A DNA stretch of 64,000 nt from Lachnospiraceae bacterium (GTDB taxonomy: Bacteria > Bacillota > Clostridia > Lachnospirales > Lachnospiraceae): NCBI GenBank assembly GCA_022792835.1, contig JAAWBT010000035.1, positions 610-64,609 on the forward strand. Reading direction: 5' to 3'. Positions 1 through 10,577 of the stretch are shown piece by piece. The translations under genes and the position numbers were made by a program. The stretch's first letter is position 1. Each line of letters opens with the position of its first letter. Under the pieces are notes generated by a model that was given only the letters and a program-made list of their open reading frames with translations, had not been told where the DNA came from and searched no databases.

Positions 1-191
1 ATGATCTGAGGGTAAATATTTACAAGTAACATGCCAAAGGCAATGGGCGTTAAGAGAAGCGGCTCAAAGCCCTTGGCGATTGCCAGGTAAAGGAACACGC
101 AGGCGACCACGATCATCAGGTAGTTTCCCCAGGTGAGGTTGAAAAACGCAGTCTGCTCAAGCAGGTTCCCCAACGTATCTAATATATTCAT
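1..191 (-). CDS. oadB: Na+-translocating decarboxylase beta subunit, 5' part (runs off window)
   Basis: Not in ORF track. Manual translation from ATG at 191 (GGAGG RBS): MNILDTLGNLLEQTAFFNLTWGNYLMIVVACVFLYLAIAKGFEPLLLTPIAFGMLLVNIYPQI; FEPLLL-PI-FG motif of OadB/MmdB; follows the biotin carrier gene. Confidence 0.9.
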   Translation of the reverse strand, partial: MNILDTLGNLLEQTAFFNLTWGNYLMIVVACVFLYLAIAKGFEPLLLTPIAFGMLLVNIYPQI

Positions 192-342
192 TGTGCTACC
201 TCCCATTTCGCATTGTAAATAAGTTTCGATTTCCGATTGAACAGAGGAAATTCTTTTTCCCCTGCCCGCCGCGCCGGACTCATGCTGTCAAACAGCCCCT
301 ATCCTTATGCGCCCGTGTGCATAAAAACAATGGAAATGAGTA

Positions 343-711
343 TTAGTTCAGGGTCGCGAGAACTGCGCCCGCCGCAATCTCCTGGCCTACGGTTACGTCA
401 ATGCTGGCTACGGTTCCGTCCTCAGGAGCAACCACCGGGATCTCCATCTTCATAGCCTCGATGATGACCACGGGATCTCCGGCCTTCACAGCCTGGCCCA
501 CAGAAGCCTCAACCTTGAATACCTTGCCTGCCGCGCCGGCTTTCACCTGAATATTTCCTGCGCCTGCTGCGGGAGCTGCCGCTGCCTTGGGGGCCGCTTT
601 GGGAGCCGCCTTAGGCGCTGCCTTGGGAGCTGCCGGTGTGCTTCCTGCTCCTGCCTCTTCTACGGTTACGTCATAAGCTACGCCATTTACTGTAATTGTA
701 TAATTCTTCAT
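343..711 (-). CDS. Biotin carboxyl carrier subunit of decarboxylase
   Basis: EAMKM biotinylation motif; N-terminal YTITVNG motif; (AAPK)x4 linker. Confidence 0.95.
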   Translation of the reverse strand: MKNYTITVNGVAYDVTVEEAGAGSTPAAPKAAPKAAPKAAPKAAAAPAAGAGNIQVKAGAAGKVFKVEASVGQAVKAGDPVVIIEAMKMEIPVVAPEDGTVASIDVTVGQEIAAGAVLATLN

Positions 712-792
712 TGATCCATTTCCTCCTTAATTTGCCCGCGTTCTCAGGGCATCCAGGAACACCCTTGGATGTCCCTCCTGAAAGATATCTGT

Positions 793-1128
793 TTACCAAT
801 TTCTGTTTTTCGCTCTCTTGATGGAGCGCACGATAAAGCCGTCCGCAGACGAACTCCCCATGGAAGCCGCCACCGCCGCAGTGATCACCGCGACCAGCTC
901 CAGATCATCCGTTACCTCTTCCTCTATGACAGGCGCCGCCGTCACGGGGGCAGGCGCAGGCGCCGCCGCCCTGGGAGCCTCCGCTTCCTTTCCTTTCCCC
1001 TCAATGGACCGGACCGCCTTGCTCATCAGGATGATCACGACAATAATGATGATCAGCACTACGAACACGGTGCCCATACCAAGGATGGTATTGGAAATTG
1101 CGTCTAAGAAAATATTGCTTAAACTCAT
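793..1128 (-). CDS. oadG: OadG-family membrane anchor subunit
   Basis: GMGTVFVVL TM helix, Ala/Pro linker, ELVAVITAAVAA and VRSIKR C-terminus. Confidence 0.9.
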   Translation of the reverse strand: MSLSNIFLDAISNTILGMGTVFVVLIIIIVVIILMSKAVRSIEGKGKEAEAPRAAAPAPAPVTAAPVIEEEVTDDLELVAVITAAVAASMGSSSADGFIVRSIKRAKNRNW

Positions 1129-1143
1129 ATGGTCACCTCATTT

Positions 1144-2598
1144 TTATACTGTGCCGTGCTTCTTTGCGGGACGCTCGTCTCTCTTGGTAAAGAGCATCTC
1201 GAAAGCTCCGATCACATATTTTCTGGTATCCTGTGCGTCGATGATATTGTCCACATATCCTCTCTTCGCCGCAGACAAGGCACTAGACTGAAGCTCGGCA
1301 TAAGCCTTTGTCTTCTCTGAAAGAAGAGCGGCGCCGTCCTCTGCTTTTTCAATCTCATCGGCATAGATGATCCTGGCCGCACTCTTGGCGTCCATCATAC
1401 CGATGGAAGCAGACGGCCATGCGAATACCATATCGGCACCGATGGACTTGCTGTTCATGGCCACATAGGCGCTGCCGTAAGCCGCCCCTACGATCACATT
1501 CACCTTAGGCACCGTCGCATCTGCAAAGGCATAGGTCATCTTGGCCACAGATTTCGCAATCTTTCTCTCCTGATGCTTGTTGGCCTTATAGCCCTTCACG
1601 TTGGTCAGGGTCAGAACAGGAATCCCAAATGCATCACAGAATTCCACAAACTCAGCCGCCTTCTCACAGCCTGCGCTGGTCAAGGTTCCGTCAAAAGTCT
1701 CCGTCACGTTTCCGTCCTCGTCGCACAGTTCAGCGCGGTTCGCCACTGCACCCACAGTACTTCCGTTCAGCCGGATAAAACCGGTGACCATTTCCTTCGC
1801 ATATGCTCTCTTCGTCTCAAAGAAGAAGTTCTCGTCTGAAATCATGGACAGGGCAATGGAGGTATCTCCTGTGCAGTTTTCCAGTCCTTCACATACACGG
1901 TTTAAATCATCCGTACATTCGCCGTAGGACAGGTCATCCTCATTGTTCGCCGGCAGTACAGAAACCAGGGCCTTAATCTCCTCAAAGATTTCCGCTTCAG
2001 AAGCAGCCACATCCACAGAGCCGACCTTCTCACTCTGATATGCGGCAGAAGCCGTGTCACACTTGGCTGCTGTATTTCCGTCCAGCGCGTTGGGAGCGTT
2101 CACAAACAGCTTCGCCTGTTCTTTCTCCATAAAAGTGAAGTCCGTCAATGCGGGAACCACACCCATGCCGCCGCCGCAGGTACCGAATACAGCTGTGATC
2201 TGCGGGATCACACCAGAGGCATCCGCCTGATTCTTATAAAGCTCGCCGAATGCCTGAAGAGCATCGGTTCCCTCCTGAAGCCTTAATCCGGCACAGTCGA
2301 TCAGGCCAATAATGGGAGCGCCCATCTTCATAGCCAGGGCATAGACAGCGGAAATCTTCTTTGCGTGCATCTCACCCATGGAGCCGCCCAGTACGGAAGC
2401 GTCCTGGCTGTACACATATACCAGCTTTTCGTCAATGGTGCCGTAGCCGGTGATCACGCCGTCCGCCGGTGTCTCCTTATCCGCCAGATTGAAATCGGTG
2501 CTCCTAGCAGTCACGTAGCTTCCGATTTCCACAAAACTCTGAGCGTCCAGTAAGCCGGCGATCCTCTCGCTTGCTTTTCCTGTAGATAAATTACTCAT
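1144..2598 (-). CDS. mmdA: Acyl-CoA carboxyltransferase (methylmalonyl-CoA decarboxylase alpha-like)
   Basis: PADGVITGYG, GGSMGE, GLRLQEG, IPQI, AWP, RGYVD motifs; start moved to MSNL (GGAGG RBS). Confidence 0.85.
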   Translation of the reverse strand: MSNLSTGKASERIAGLLDAQSFVEIGSYVTARSTDFNLADKETPADGVITGYGTIDEKLVYVYSQDASVLGGSMGEMHAKKISAVYALAMKMGAPIIGLIDCAGLRLQEGTDALQAFGELYKNQADASGVIPQITAVFGTCGGGMGVVPALTDFTFMEKEQAKLFVNAPNALDGNTAAKCDTASAAYQSEKVGSVDVAASEAEIFEEIKALVSVLPANNEDDLSYGECTDDLNRVCEGLENCTGDTSIALSMISDENFFFETKRAYAKEMVTGFIRLNGSTVGAVANRAELCDEDGNVTETFDGTLTSAGCEKAAEFVEFCDAFGIPVLTLTNVKGYKANKHQERKIAKSVAKMTYAFADATVPKVNVIVGAAYGSAYVAMNSKSIGADMVFAWPSASIGMMDAKSAARIIYADEIEKAEDGAALLSEKTKAYAELQSSALSAAKRGYVDNIIDAQDTRKYVIGAFEMLFTKRDERPAKKHGTV

Positions 2599-2653
2599 TT
2601 TGCAGTCCTCCATTTTTATTTATAAAAAGTAAAACCATTTTCTGCCGATTATA

Positions 2654-2682
2654 ATTATAGCCCATAGAAAATTATTTATCAA
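2654..2682 (-). promoter_or_regulatory. sigmaA promoter of decarboxylase operon
   Basis: TTGATA-17nt-TATAAT on minus strand. Confidence 0.7.
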
Positions 2683-2742
2683 GAATATTTTAAGAATTTC
2701 GACCGTATTTTCACAGACTTTTTAGAATCCTTTCAAAGCCCC

Positions 2743-3435
2743 TTAAAAAGGCCTGCAGCAACAAAGATTTAAGATCGCATTGAGGGCAAGGATCTGACAG
2801 CACCAGCTGTTCATATTCCCCATACTCCGGCCATATCCCTCCCCCATGGAACGGTACCAGCTCCCGCCGGATTCCAGCTGAGAAAGAAGCATACGGAAAC
2901 GGGAATTGTCCGGTTCCAGTTCTACAGCCTTTCTCGCTGACTCCAGGGCCTGGATGTTGTTTCCCATACCGGAATTTGCCGCGGCGTGATAATAATACCA
3001 GGTCCCTCCCCGTTCCTTGATTCCCTCCAGCACGTGAAGAGCCTCCTTGTAGTGGCCGGAATTGATATAATTGGCCGCTGCCCGCAGATGGCTGTCTGTC
3101 TCATTCTCATAGGCGCTTGTCTGTCCCCGGCCATAGGAGCCCCCAAAGCCTCCAAAACCCCGGAATGGGTCAAATCCCCCGAATCCGCCGAAGGGATCGC
3201 TGCCGCCCTGCCGATCCCCGTCATAGCTGCCGCTTCCATAGCTGCCGCCCTGCCGTTTCTTCATAATGATATCATAAGCCTGCTGGACCTCCTTGAATCT
3301 AGCCTCCGCAATCTCCGGATGGGCGCTGTTCACATTGGAGTCCGGATGATACTTCCTGCTTAAATTCCGGTAAGCCTTTTTTACTTCTTCATCGGAGGCC
3401 GAAGGGTCCACCCCCAGCACTTTATAAGGATCCAT
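2743..3435 (-). CDS. J-domain protein with G/F-rich linker, TPR-like region and Cys-rich tail
   Basis: DPYKVLGV...KYHPD J-domain; TPR-like [11 protein letters not shown]; C-terminal WCC...LCCC. Confidence 0.9.
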   Translation of the reverse strand: MDPYKVLGVDPSASDEEVKKAYRNLSRKYHPDSNVNSAHPEIAEARFKEVQQAYDIIMKKRQGGSYGSGSYDGDRQGGSDPFGGFGGFDPFRGFGGFGGSYGRGQTSAYENETDSHLRAAANYINSGHYKEALHVLEGIKERGGTWYYYHAAANSGMGNNIQALESARKAVELEPDNSRFRMLLSQLESGGSWYRSMGEGYGRSMGNMNSWCCQILALNAILNLCCCRPF

Positions 3436-4282
3436 TCATTTTCTCCCGTTCTTTCTTCCCGCTTTTTGGATCGTTCACAATCCTGTCGTATTTGGTCCAG
3501 ACACCAGCATACAATATATTCCTTAAAATAGCAACATCCTTTAAAATCGGCAGCCGTTCAAATTCCTTTGCGCAGCCGGCCATCATCATGGTCAAAACCT
3601 GGGCAAACCATTCCTCAAAGCCCGGCCGGTCTTTCTGAAACAAAAGCGGATTATACCGCCCCCGCCGCCCATCCCGGGGAAGATCCTCATAAGCGTCCAT
3701 CAGATAAATAAATTTACCAAGATAAAACCCCATGGCACGTAAAGATTCCTCCCACTGGTCCTTTTTCCAGACCAAAATCTCGCCAAGGAGCTCTCCCATA
3801 CATCCCGCCGCCCCATCCAGGTCGGCGCTTTTTTCCTTTTCATAGCCGTGAAGTTTCTGGATACAGCTGCCCGCTGCCCGCCACTGCCTGGGATACCGCC
3901 CTTTCAGGACACCACATTTTTTCTTTAGCATTCCCGCTGCTGCCAGACTACATGCATTTTTATCGTCCTGCCAGTCATCCATCAGATTATGCCAGGCAAG
4001 AAGCACCGTCATATCTGCCGCGTAATCAATATACGGATTCTGAACGGACAAATGTTTTCCCGCCGGATGGAGCACACACCGGCGCATGGCCAGATATTCT
4101 TCCCCTTCATAAAGCCCCGTGAGGAGCGCTGCCAGAAAAACCATATCGTAATTTAATGCCATCTGTCCGGAAAATCCATACCGCAGCCTCAAGCTCCGGC
4201 AGATTCCGCAATAATAGCCCTGATACCTCTGAAACTCCCGGATCTTAAGCTCTGGTTTGTTGATTGTCACGTAACCGAACAT
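3422..4282 (-). CDS. DUF5685-family protein
   Basis: MFGYV start, [27 protein letters not shown] motifs; overlaps J-domain gene start. Confidence 0.8.
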   Translation of the reverse strand: MFGYVTINKPELKIREFQRYQGYYCGICRSLRLRYGFSGQMALNYDMVFLAALLTGLYEGEEYLAMRRCVLHPAGKHLSVQNPYIDYAADMTVLLAWHNLMDDWQDDKNACSLAAAGMLKKKCGVLKGRYPRQWRAAGSCIQKLHGYEKEKSADLDGAAGCMGELLGEILVWKKDQWEESLRAMGFYLGKFIYLMDAYEDLPRDGRRGRYNPLLFQKDRPGFEEWFAQVLTMMMAGCAKEFERLPILKDVAILRNILYAGVWTKYDRIVNDPKSGKKEREKMNGSL

Positions 4283-4518
4283 GAAACCTCTCCTCTCCCG
4301 TCACTTCTCAGACTACGGCTTCTATGATTCTTGCCGCAGCATTTTTCGAATACTATTTCTGGTTCCCTGCCATTTTACCATTCTCCCCGGAATCTGTAAA
4401 GGAGCGATCCTCTCAGAGTTCTCTGATCTCCTGGAACGGATAGAGCTTCAGAGCAATAACGGCCGGATTTTCCCGTGGGACGCCGGTGACATTCCGACGC
4501 CCCAAAGGCAGTGCGGGT

Positions 4519-5952
4519 TTAATTCAATATGATGGCGTTCACTGCCTCCACAAGATCCACCACTTCGCTTCTCGCCACGAACGCTGTCGGTTCCCCATCA
4601 ACCACAGCGAGGCAATCATTACCGTCCTGTCGGTACAGGCCAATATGTATCATTTTAAAATTGTCATCATTCAGGTAAAGTGTCAGGCTGATTTCTTCTT
4701 TATCATAGATCTTATCTTCTGTAAACTCAGTCGCCTTCAGATAAGCCAGTGCATTCCGGAAGTCATCAATGGCAATCGTTTCCCCTTCATATGACCATAC
4801 CGTTTCTTCCCCATCTTCTTTTGAGGTAAGTGTACAGGTCTGCCCCTCCAGAGAAATATCCACCTGAGTAACTTTCGAAAAATCAGCCCAGAAAACTTCC
4901 TGATGGCGCAGTTCATCATAAGATGCTGCCATTAACGATTCATATTCTGTCTCTGTAATCTCATAAATAATCCGGGAATCTCCAATCCGCACATAAGCAG
5001 GTACCGATTCTGCCTCTGGTTCATGGCCATCCGGCGTGTCTGTTTCTTCCGAAGACTCTTCCTCTTTGACTTTGGCTTTTTCTTCAGCTGACCGGGAAAC
5101 ATGCAGTACAAAGGTTTTTCTTCCACTATCCTCCCTGTCCTCTTTTTGCGTCGTATACTGTATCGTCGCTGTCAGCTCCGGCTCATTCAGCCCATAGGCC
5201 GCCAGTTCTTCCTCTGTCGCGTTGTAAGACACATAATTGACGAGTCCCAGACTGCCGATAGAAGAAAGATACCCCTTTACGGTATCTGTATCCAACGGCA
5301 GATATCCATTTTCACCACTGACGAAATAAACATCCTCCTCATGATAAGTGGCATCACTTTCTTCCTGATAAATGATGCTATAATTTTCACTCCCCGCAAA
5401 TGTAATATCATCTACCTGATCAACATCAGGTGTTTCATCATGAAGGATCATATCTTTCAGCTCAATCTCATAGGTTTCCATCGGGTCCGCAGAGACCAGA
5501 TATACGTTGCCGTCTCCAATGGACAGGTACCGTTTCTCATCCATGGTACTATAGCCTCCCAGTTCCACCTCATAGCTTTCTTCTGCCGTTTCTATGTGGA
5601 TACTGCATGTCGGCTCCTCCAGTCCATACTGGTCATAATCCTCCACGTTTTCTATGACAAAGGATACGCCAAAGGACTCAAACACTCCCAGCAGTTCTTT
5701 CATTTTTTCTTCGCTGACCGGGAAAGCTTCATCCGCATCATACAGCCACGTCTCATCTTTATGGAAGGCCAGCTTTGTCTCATCATATTCCCAGGAAAGC
5801 GCCGTCACATCATCTGCCGCCAATGCCAGAATGATTTCATCGCTGTTTTTAATCTCTTCCCTGCGCCGCTCATACCGGCTGACCAAAAAAGTCACGCCGC
5901 AAATAACGGCAAGTACGCCTGATAATACATACAATCTTTTAAACCGCTTCAT
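4519..5952 (-). CDS. DUF4340-domain membrane-anchored protein
   Basis: N-terminal TM, two YGLxEP repeats, acidic extracellular region; last gene of Gld-type ABC module. Confidence 0.8.
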   Translation of the reverse strand: MKRFKRLYVLSGVLAVICGVTFLVSRYERRREEIKNSDEIILALAADDVTALSWEYDETKLAFHKDETWLYDADEAFPVSEEKMKELLGVFESFGVSFVIENVEDYDQYGLEEPTCSIHIETAEESYEVELGGYSTMDEKRYLSIGDGNVYLVSADPMETYEIELKDMILHDETPDVDQVDDITFAGSENYSIIYQEESDATYHEEDVYFVSGENGYLPLDTDTVKGYLSSIGSLGLVNYVSYNATEEELAAYGLNEPELTATIQYTTQKEDREDSGRKTFVLHVSRSAEEKAKVKEEESSEETDTPDGHEPEAESVPAYVRIGDSRIIYEITETEYESLMAASYDELRHQEVFWADFSKVTQVDISLEGQTCTLTSKEDGEETVWSYEGETIAIDDFRNALAYLKATEFTEDKIYDKEEISLTLYLNDDNFKMIHIGLYRQDGNDCLAVVDGEPTAFVARSEVVDLVEAVNAIILN

Positions 5953-7348
5953 TTTGCCGCCTCCTTCTGCTCACGACCACACAGACCCCGTATCCCAAAA
6001 ATACCAGCGGAAAAACGCCGATCATCATTACCTTCAGGTAAGAAGCTGTAGACTCATTGATCGTCAGGTAATTATAGTTCAGAGATTTACTCCGGATTGC
6101 CACTGCTTCACGTTCACCGATCATAAAAGAAAGCGCATTCATGCCCAAATCCAGATTGGCGCCGGAAGAATAAGCGTTATACATATCATCAAGAAAATCA
6201 GAAGACGCAAACCATACAATCTGGCCGTCGCCGCCGCAATCAACAGATACTGCCGTCGCAAAGGGTCCATCCACATCTCCTTCTTCTTTCTCATAGGTTT
6301 CAATGGCATATCCGGCAGTTTTACTGTAAGACATTTCCGATGTGGTCAAAAGCTGTGTGACAGAGCCTGACGTATCTGTAACGGTCAGTCCCAGGGCAAT
6401 CGGTATAATGGCATAATAATTCCCCTCTGTCAGCGGGTTGGTAATCTCATGATCTGCCATTTCTGGTAAGAGGATATAAGGCTGTTTGAATGCATAATAA
6501 TTCCTGTCTCCCTCCACCACAATCCCTTCTTCCGCTTCCACGCCGTATTCTTCAAGCAGACTGTACAAAGTCGTCAATGCTCCCCCTTCTACTGGCCCTG
6601 CCATTACCATCAATTTGCCGCCATTTGCGGTGTATTCTGCCAGCATCTCCTTTTCTTCCTCAGAAATATCTCTGGTTGGCGCATAAATCAGTACCACGTC
6701 CGCTTCTTCCGGCACGGTATCTGAATTCAGCAAAGTGAATGTGGTCGTTTCTATATTCTGCTTTTCGATCTGTTCAGCAAACACAGCAGAAAGCTCCGCC
6801 TCGCCATGCCCCTTCGTGATATAAAGCTTTGGATGATCTTCACTGACTACATAATCAATGGCCGAAGTAATCATTCCCTCTCCGTCAAAAGCAGTCGTAT
6901 AGGAATAGGTCGTCATATCTGCTTCTGTCAGATAGATATCTTCATAGCTGATGTACCGACTGCTGTCTCCGCATTCGACAATTAGGCTGTTATTCGGAAC
7001 AGTCTCCGAAGTATATTGCTGTGAGAATGCCGGATAGACGTCCGGATTCTTCTTCACCACCTGGATATGTTCCGAAAGGCTTTCATATTTGGCCAATAGA
7101 TTTTCAATCACCTCGTCTTCTTCGTCCGCCTGAACCACCCAGTAAATGGTCACATCTTTTTCCAGCGCATTGACCACTGCTTTCGTATTGCTGGTAATGG
7201 AATACAGCCTGGCCGAACTGATATCCAACTGTGTCAATGTAGATGGCAGTACGGACGCCAGAACATTTATTACAATCAAAATTGCCGATACGATTCCTGT
7301 TAGCATCAGCGAATAAGCCCCGCCTTTTAATGCTATTTGATTCTTCAT
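5939..7348 (-). CDS. GldG-like ABC auxiliary protein
   Basis: LDIS..RLYSIT, GHGE, P..DISEEE, GGKL motifs; TM at both ends. Confidence 0.85.
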   Translation of the reverse strand: MKNQIALKGGAYSLMLTGIVSAILIVINVLASVLPSTLTQLDISSARLYSITSNTKAVVNALEKDVTIYWVVQADEEDEVIENLLAKYESLSEHIQVVKKNPDVYPAFSQQYTSETVPNNSLIVECGDSSRYISYEDIYLTEADMTTYSYTTAFDGEGMITSAIDYVVSEDHPKLYITKGHGEAELSAVFAEQIEKQNIETTTFTLLNSDTVPEEADVVLIYAPTRDISEEEKEMLAEYTANGGKLMVMAGPVEGGALTTLYSLLEEYGVEAEEGIVVEGDRNYYAFKQPYILLPEMADHEITNPLTEGNYYAIIPIALGLTVTDTSGSVTQLLTTSEMSYSKTAGYAIETYEKEEGDVDGPFATAVSVDCGGDGQIVWFASSDFLDDMYNAYSSGANLDLGMNALSFMIGEREAVAIRSKSLNYNYLTINESTASYLKVMMIGVFPLVFLGYGVCVVVSRRRRQNEAV

Positions 7349-8211
7349 CAGTTGTACCTCCGTTTCTCAAGAGACTGCACAGACAGAAACAGAAAGAACA
7401 CGATCACTGTCATGTAATATACGATTCCGGTCAGGTCAAATACGCCATTCACAAATTTATAAAAACGCTCGAACAAAGAAAGTTTCTTCATGATATCCGG
7501 CAGCAATCCCACGAAACCGGCGCTGTCCATCGCAAAGAGTCCCGCAATGGCAAGGAAAAGAACAGCTCCTATGCCAAAAGACAGTTTGTCATTTCCGGTC
7601 AAATGACGGATAATAAAACCAAGGATGACAGCCGCCGCCATCAGCGCAGCAGCAGAGCCAATTGCCGTGGAAGACACATATTCAGCCAGTGTCACGCTGT
7701 AATAATTGAAAAGGATAACCGGAATCGTAATTCCCGCTGCAAATCCAAGATTGTCTGTCAGGGACGAAATAAAGGTGCCAATGGCAAGGAACGCCGCCCC
7801 CATCATGAAAAACGCAAACAGGGAGCCGTAGGAGGCCGGCAGATAAACCTCCCCAAAGCCGGAAAAAATCAGCGGATAAAAAGAAATAACCACAAGTGGT
7901 GCCAGATAAACCACCAAAAGAGCCAGGTATTTCCCGATGATGATCTGAGAAGTTGTAATCGGCAAAGAATATAAAAGCTGATCTGTTTTCTGTCTACGTT
8001 CCTCCGCAATTACCTTCATCGTCAAAATCGGGATGATCACCACAAAACCAAGACACACAAAACTCAGCACATACTCAAAATTTGCCACTGCCGACTGAAT
8101 GTTATAAAGCATCGCCCCAAACCCTACAAAAGCCAGGAGAAATGCCGAAAAAAGATAGGCTGTCAGCGAATGAAAATGGCCTCTCAATTCATGTCCCCAT
8201 ACTGCGATCAT
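7348..8211 (-). CDS. ABC-2 type permease (GldF-like)
   Basis: IPILTMK.IAEERRQKTDQLLYSLP...GKYLA; multiple TM helices. Confidence 0.9.
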   Translation of the reverse strand: MIAVWGHELRGHFHSLTAYLFSAFLLAFVGFGAMLYNIQSAVANFEYVLSFVCLGFVVIIPILTMKVIAEERRQKTDQLLYSLPITTSQIIIGKYLALLVVYLAPLVVISFYPLIFSGFGEVYLPASYGSLFAFFMMGAAFLAIGTFISSLTDNLGFAAGITIPVILFNYYSVTLAEYVSSTAIGSAAALMAAAVILGFIIRHLTGNDKLSFGIGAVLFLAIAGLFAMDSAGFVGLLPDIMKKLSLFERFYKFVNGVFDLTGIVYYMTVIVFFLFLSVQSLEKRRYN

Positions 8212-9176
8212 TCTTTTTCCACCTCCCTTTCCTCTGAAACCGCTCCATCTGTTAATTCAAGAAAGACTTCTTCCAGATTTGCTTTCTTTGAAACCATCTC
8301 AACAATCGCCTTCTGTTTCTCCGCAAATGCAAAAAACACCCGCCGACATACAGACCTGACGTCGTCCATGTCGGCTTTCACATGAATTTTCAAAAGCCCC
8401 GTTTCTACCTCATCCAGCGTATATTCTTCACAGATCGCCAGCTTTTCCATGATTTCCTCCGCTTCCTCCAAAAGCGCTTCCACCTTAAAATCAATGCCGT
8501 TTGATGACAACATCAGTTTTTCCAGATTTTCCGGCGCATCAAAGGCTACCAGCCTGCCCCCGGCAATGATCAGTACCTTTTCACAGATTGCCTGTACCTC
8601 CGAGAGAATGTGGGAGCTAAGAATAACCGTGCGGCTCTCCCCCAGCCGCCTGATCAGATCACGAATCTCAATCATCTGGATCGGGTCAAGGCCTGCAGTC
8701 GGCTCATCCAGAATAATAACCTTCGGATTTCCCAAAAGCGCCTGGGCAATCCCTACACGCTGCTTATATCCCTTCGACAATGTACAAATCATTTTGTTTC
8801 TGATACTGCCGATCTTTGTCTGATCCATGACTTTTTCCACCTGTCTCGCCAGTTCCATTCCCTTTAATCCTTTCGCCGCGCCGACAAATTTCAGATACTC
8901 CTCTGGTGTTTCATTCAGATACAGGGGCGGCTGTTCTGGTAAATATCCCATCAGTTTTTTCGCCATCTGCGGCTCTTCAAAGATATCATAGCCGTCAATT
9001 CTGACAGTCCCTTCCGTCGCAGACAAACACCCTGTCATGATGTTCATTGTGGTAGATTTCCCGGCGCCATTCGGCCCTAAAAAGCCATAGACATGCCCCT
9101 CCTCAATCTCAAAGGACAAGTTGTTTACTGCCATGAAATCACCATAACATTTTGTCAAATGCTCTACCATGATCAT
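8208..9176 (-). CDS. ABC transporter ATP-binding protein
   Basis: GPNGAGKST, LSKGYKQR, ILDEP, SSH; start at 9176 behind GAGGAGG (alternative 9209). Confidence 0.95.
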   Translation of the reverse strand: MIMVEHLTKCYGDFMAVNNLSFEIEEGHVYGFLGPNGAGKSTTMNIMTGCLSATEGTVRIDGYDIFEEPQMAKKLMGYLPEQPPLYLNETPEEYLKFVGAAKGLKGMELARQVEKVMDQTKIGSIRNKMICTLSKGYKQRVGIAQALLGNPKVIILDEPTAGLDPIQMIEIRDLIRRLGESRTVILSSHILSEVQAICEKVLIIAGGRLVAFDAPENLEKLMLSSNGIDFKVEALLEEAEEIMEKLAICEEYTLDEVETGLLKIHVKADMDDVRSVCRRVFFAFAEKQKAIVEMVSKKANLEEVFLELTDGAVSEEREVEKE

Positions 9177-9250
9177 AATATGATCCTCCTCACTTTTTTT
9201 CACAGTCATCTGCCTCCATAAAATGCACGCAGACCTCTGCCATCCTTAAG

Positions 9251-9283
9251 AGTTTACAAAACGGCACTAAAGACAGGCTAAAG
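9251..9283 (-). promoter_or_regulatory. Response-regulator direct repeat plus -10 of ABC operon
   Basis: Minus strand CTTTAG-cctgt-CTTTAG-10nt-TAAACT. Confidence 0.7.
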
Positions 9284-9308
9284 AAAGCCGTGAAAAATTT
9301 GTGAACTG

Positions 9309-9343
9309 AAAAGGAAGCAACCACCATCATGGTCACTTCCTTA
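9309..9343 (-). terminator. Probable intrinsic terminator after kinase gene
   Basis: AAGGAAG...CTTCCTT stem followed by T run on minus strand. Confidence 0.5.
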
Positions 9344-9359
9344 TAAAAATGTCTTTTTA

Positions 9360-10577
9360 TTACCGCCACACCACTTTAAATCCAATGTGATCCGCATCTT
9401 TTTTATAAGCGTTAATTTCTCCTCTGTGCTGCGTTACGATTGCTTTGGCGATGGACAGCCCAACTCCGAACCCGCCAGTAAAGGTTCTTGCTTTATCCGC
9501 CCGGTAAAACCGGTCGAACCACTTGTCAAATTCTGTCCCGCCTGCGTCTGCATATGTGTTTTCCACATAAAATACCGGATGTCTCTTCTTTTCCAGTCTG
9601 AGTCTGATCTCTCCTCCATCCTCACAATATTTGACCGCATTGTCCAAAAGAATGGAAATCACTCTGCGAACTGCTGTCTCATCCCCCATATAATCTACAT
9701 TCCCATCAATCTGTGCCGCCATAGACTTTCCACGATCCCGCGCCAACATCTGAAATTCCGAAGCAACATCCATGATCATCTCACTCAGGGAAAAACGCCG
9801 TATCTCCAGATTTGTCTGCTCCTCATCCATCCTCGCCAGGACAACCAGTTGGTTCACCAGCGCGCTCATGCGTTCACCTTCGCTGCGAATATCTGATAGC
9901 CACTCATTTTCGCCGATTTCCGTCTCCAGTATATCCAAATTTGTCATTACAAGCGTCAGTGGAGTCTTTAATTCATGATTCGCATCCGTGATAAACTGTT
10001 TCTGCCTTTCATAACTTTCTGCCACCGGACGGACGGCGCGCTTTGAAAAAAATATTACGATGATCCAAATGGCAAAAGCGCTGGCTATGAGCACAACGCC
10101 TGCTGCCAAAAGCATCCGCTTCGACATGAACCGGTTCATGCTGCCATCCACATAAACAATCGTCCTTCCACACTCTGTCTGATACTGTTTGTAGCGATAA
10201 TCCCCCATCCAGCCGCGTTCCCTGCCGCGTTCACATGTTTCTTTTGCATATTCCCGTGCCGTTTCTTCGGTAATCGCAGAAACCGAACCCACATCCACAG
10301 CAGTCACCCTATCGCTTCCGTCAAGCCGCACGGAAAAAAAACGGGTACTGAACGGCGTTTCCGGTGTCATAAAGTCCGGCACTCCAGGATTTCCTTTATC
10401 GTCCCTCCATTCCGGAAATCTGCCGTCATTGTCCAAAATCCGGTCTGTCAGGGCATCCATTGTTTCGTTGAGCTGTCTTATGCTAAAACTATAAATCAGC
10501 AGGAAAATCACCGCAAACACGGCCAGTACTGAAATTCCGCAGATACGGATCACTTTCTTTTGTAAATGATAGATCAT
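9360..10577 (-). CDS. Sensor histidine kinase
   Basis: Two TMs around an extracellular domain, ANHELKTPL H-box, LLDNAVKY N-box, FDRFYR, GFGVGL. Confidence 0.95.
   Translation of the reverse strand: MIYHLQKKVIRICGISVLAVFAVIFLLIYSFSIRQLNETMDALTDRILDNDGRFPEWRDDKGNPGVPDFMTPETPFSTRFFSVRLDGSDRVTAVDVGSVSAITEETAREYAKETCERGRERGWMGDYRYKQYQTECGRTIVYVDGSMNRFMSKRMLLAAGVVLIASAFAIWIIVIFFSKRAVRPVAESYERQKQFITDANHELKTPLTLVMTNLDILETEIGENEWLSDIRSEGERMSALVNQLVVLARMDEEQTNLEIRRFSLSEMIMDVASEFQMLARDRGKSMAAQIDGNVDYMGDETAVRRVISILLDNAVKYCEDGGEIRLRLEKKRHPVFYVENTYADAGGTEFDKWFDRFYRADKARTFTGGFGVGLSIAKAIVTQHRGEINAYKKDADHIGFKVVWR

Noticed and set aside
578-632. 12-bp-period repeat
   Set aside because: Encodes the ordinary (AAPK)n linker of the biotin carrier; not a CRISPR or contingency locus.
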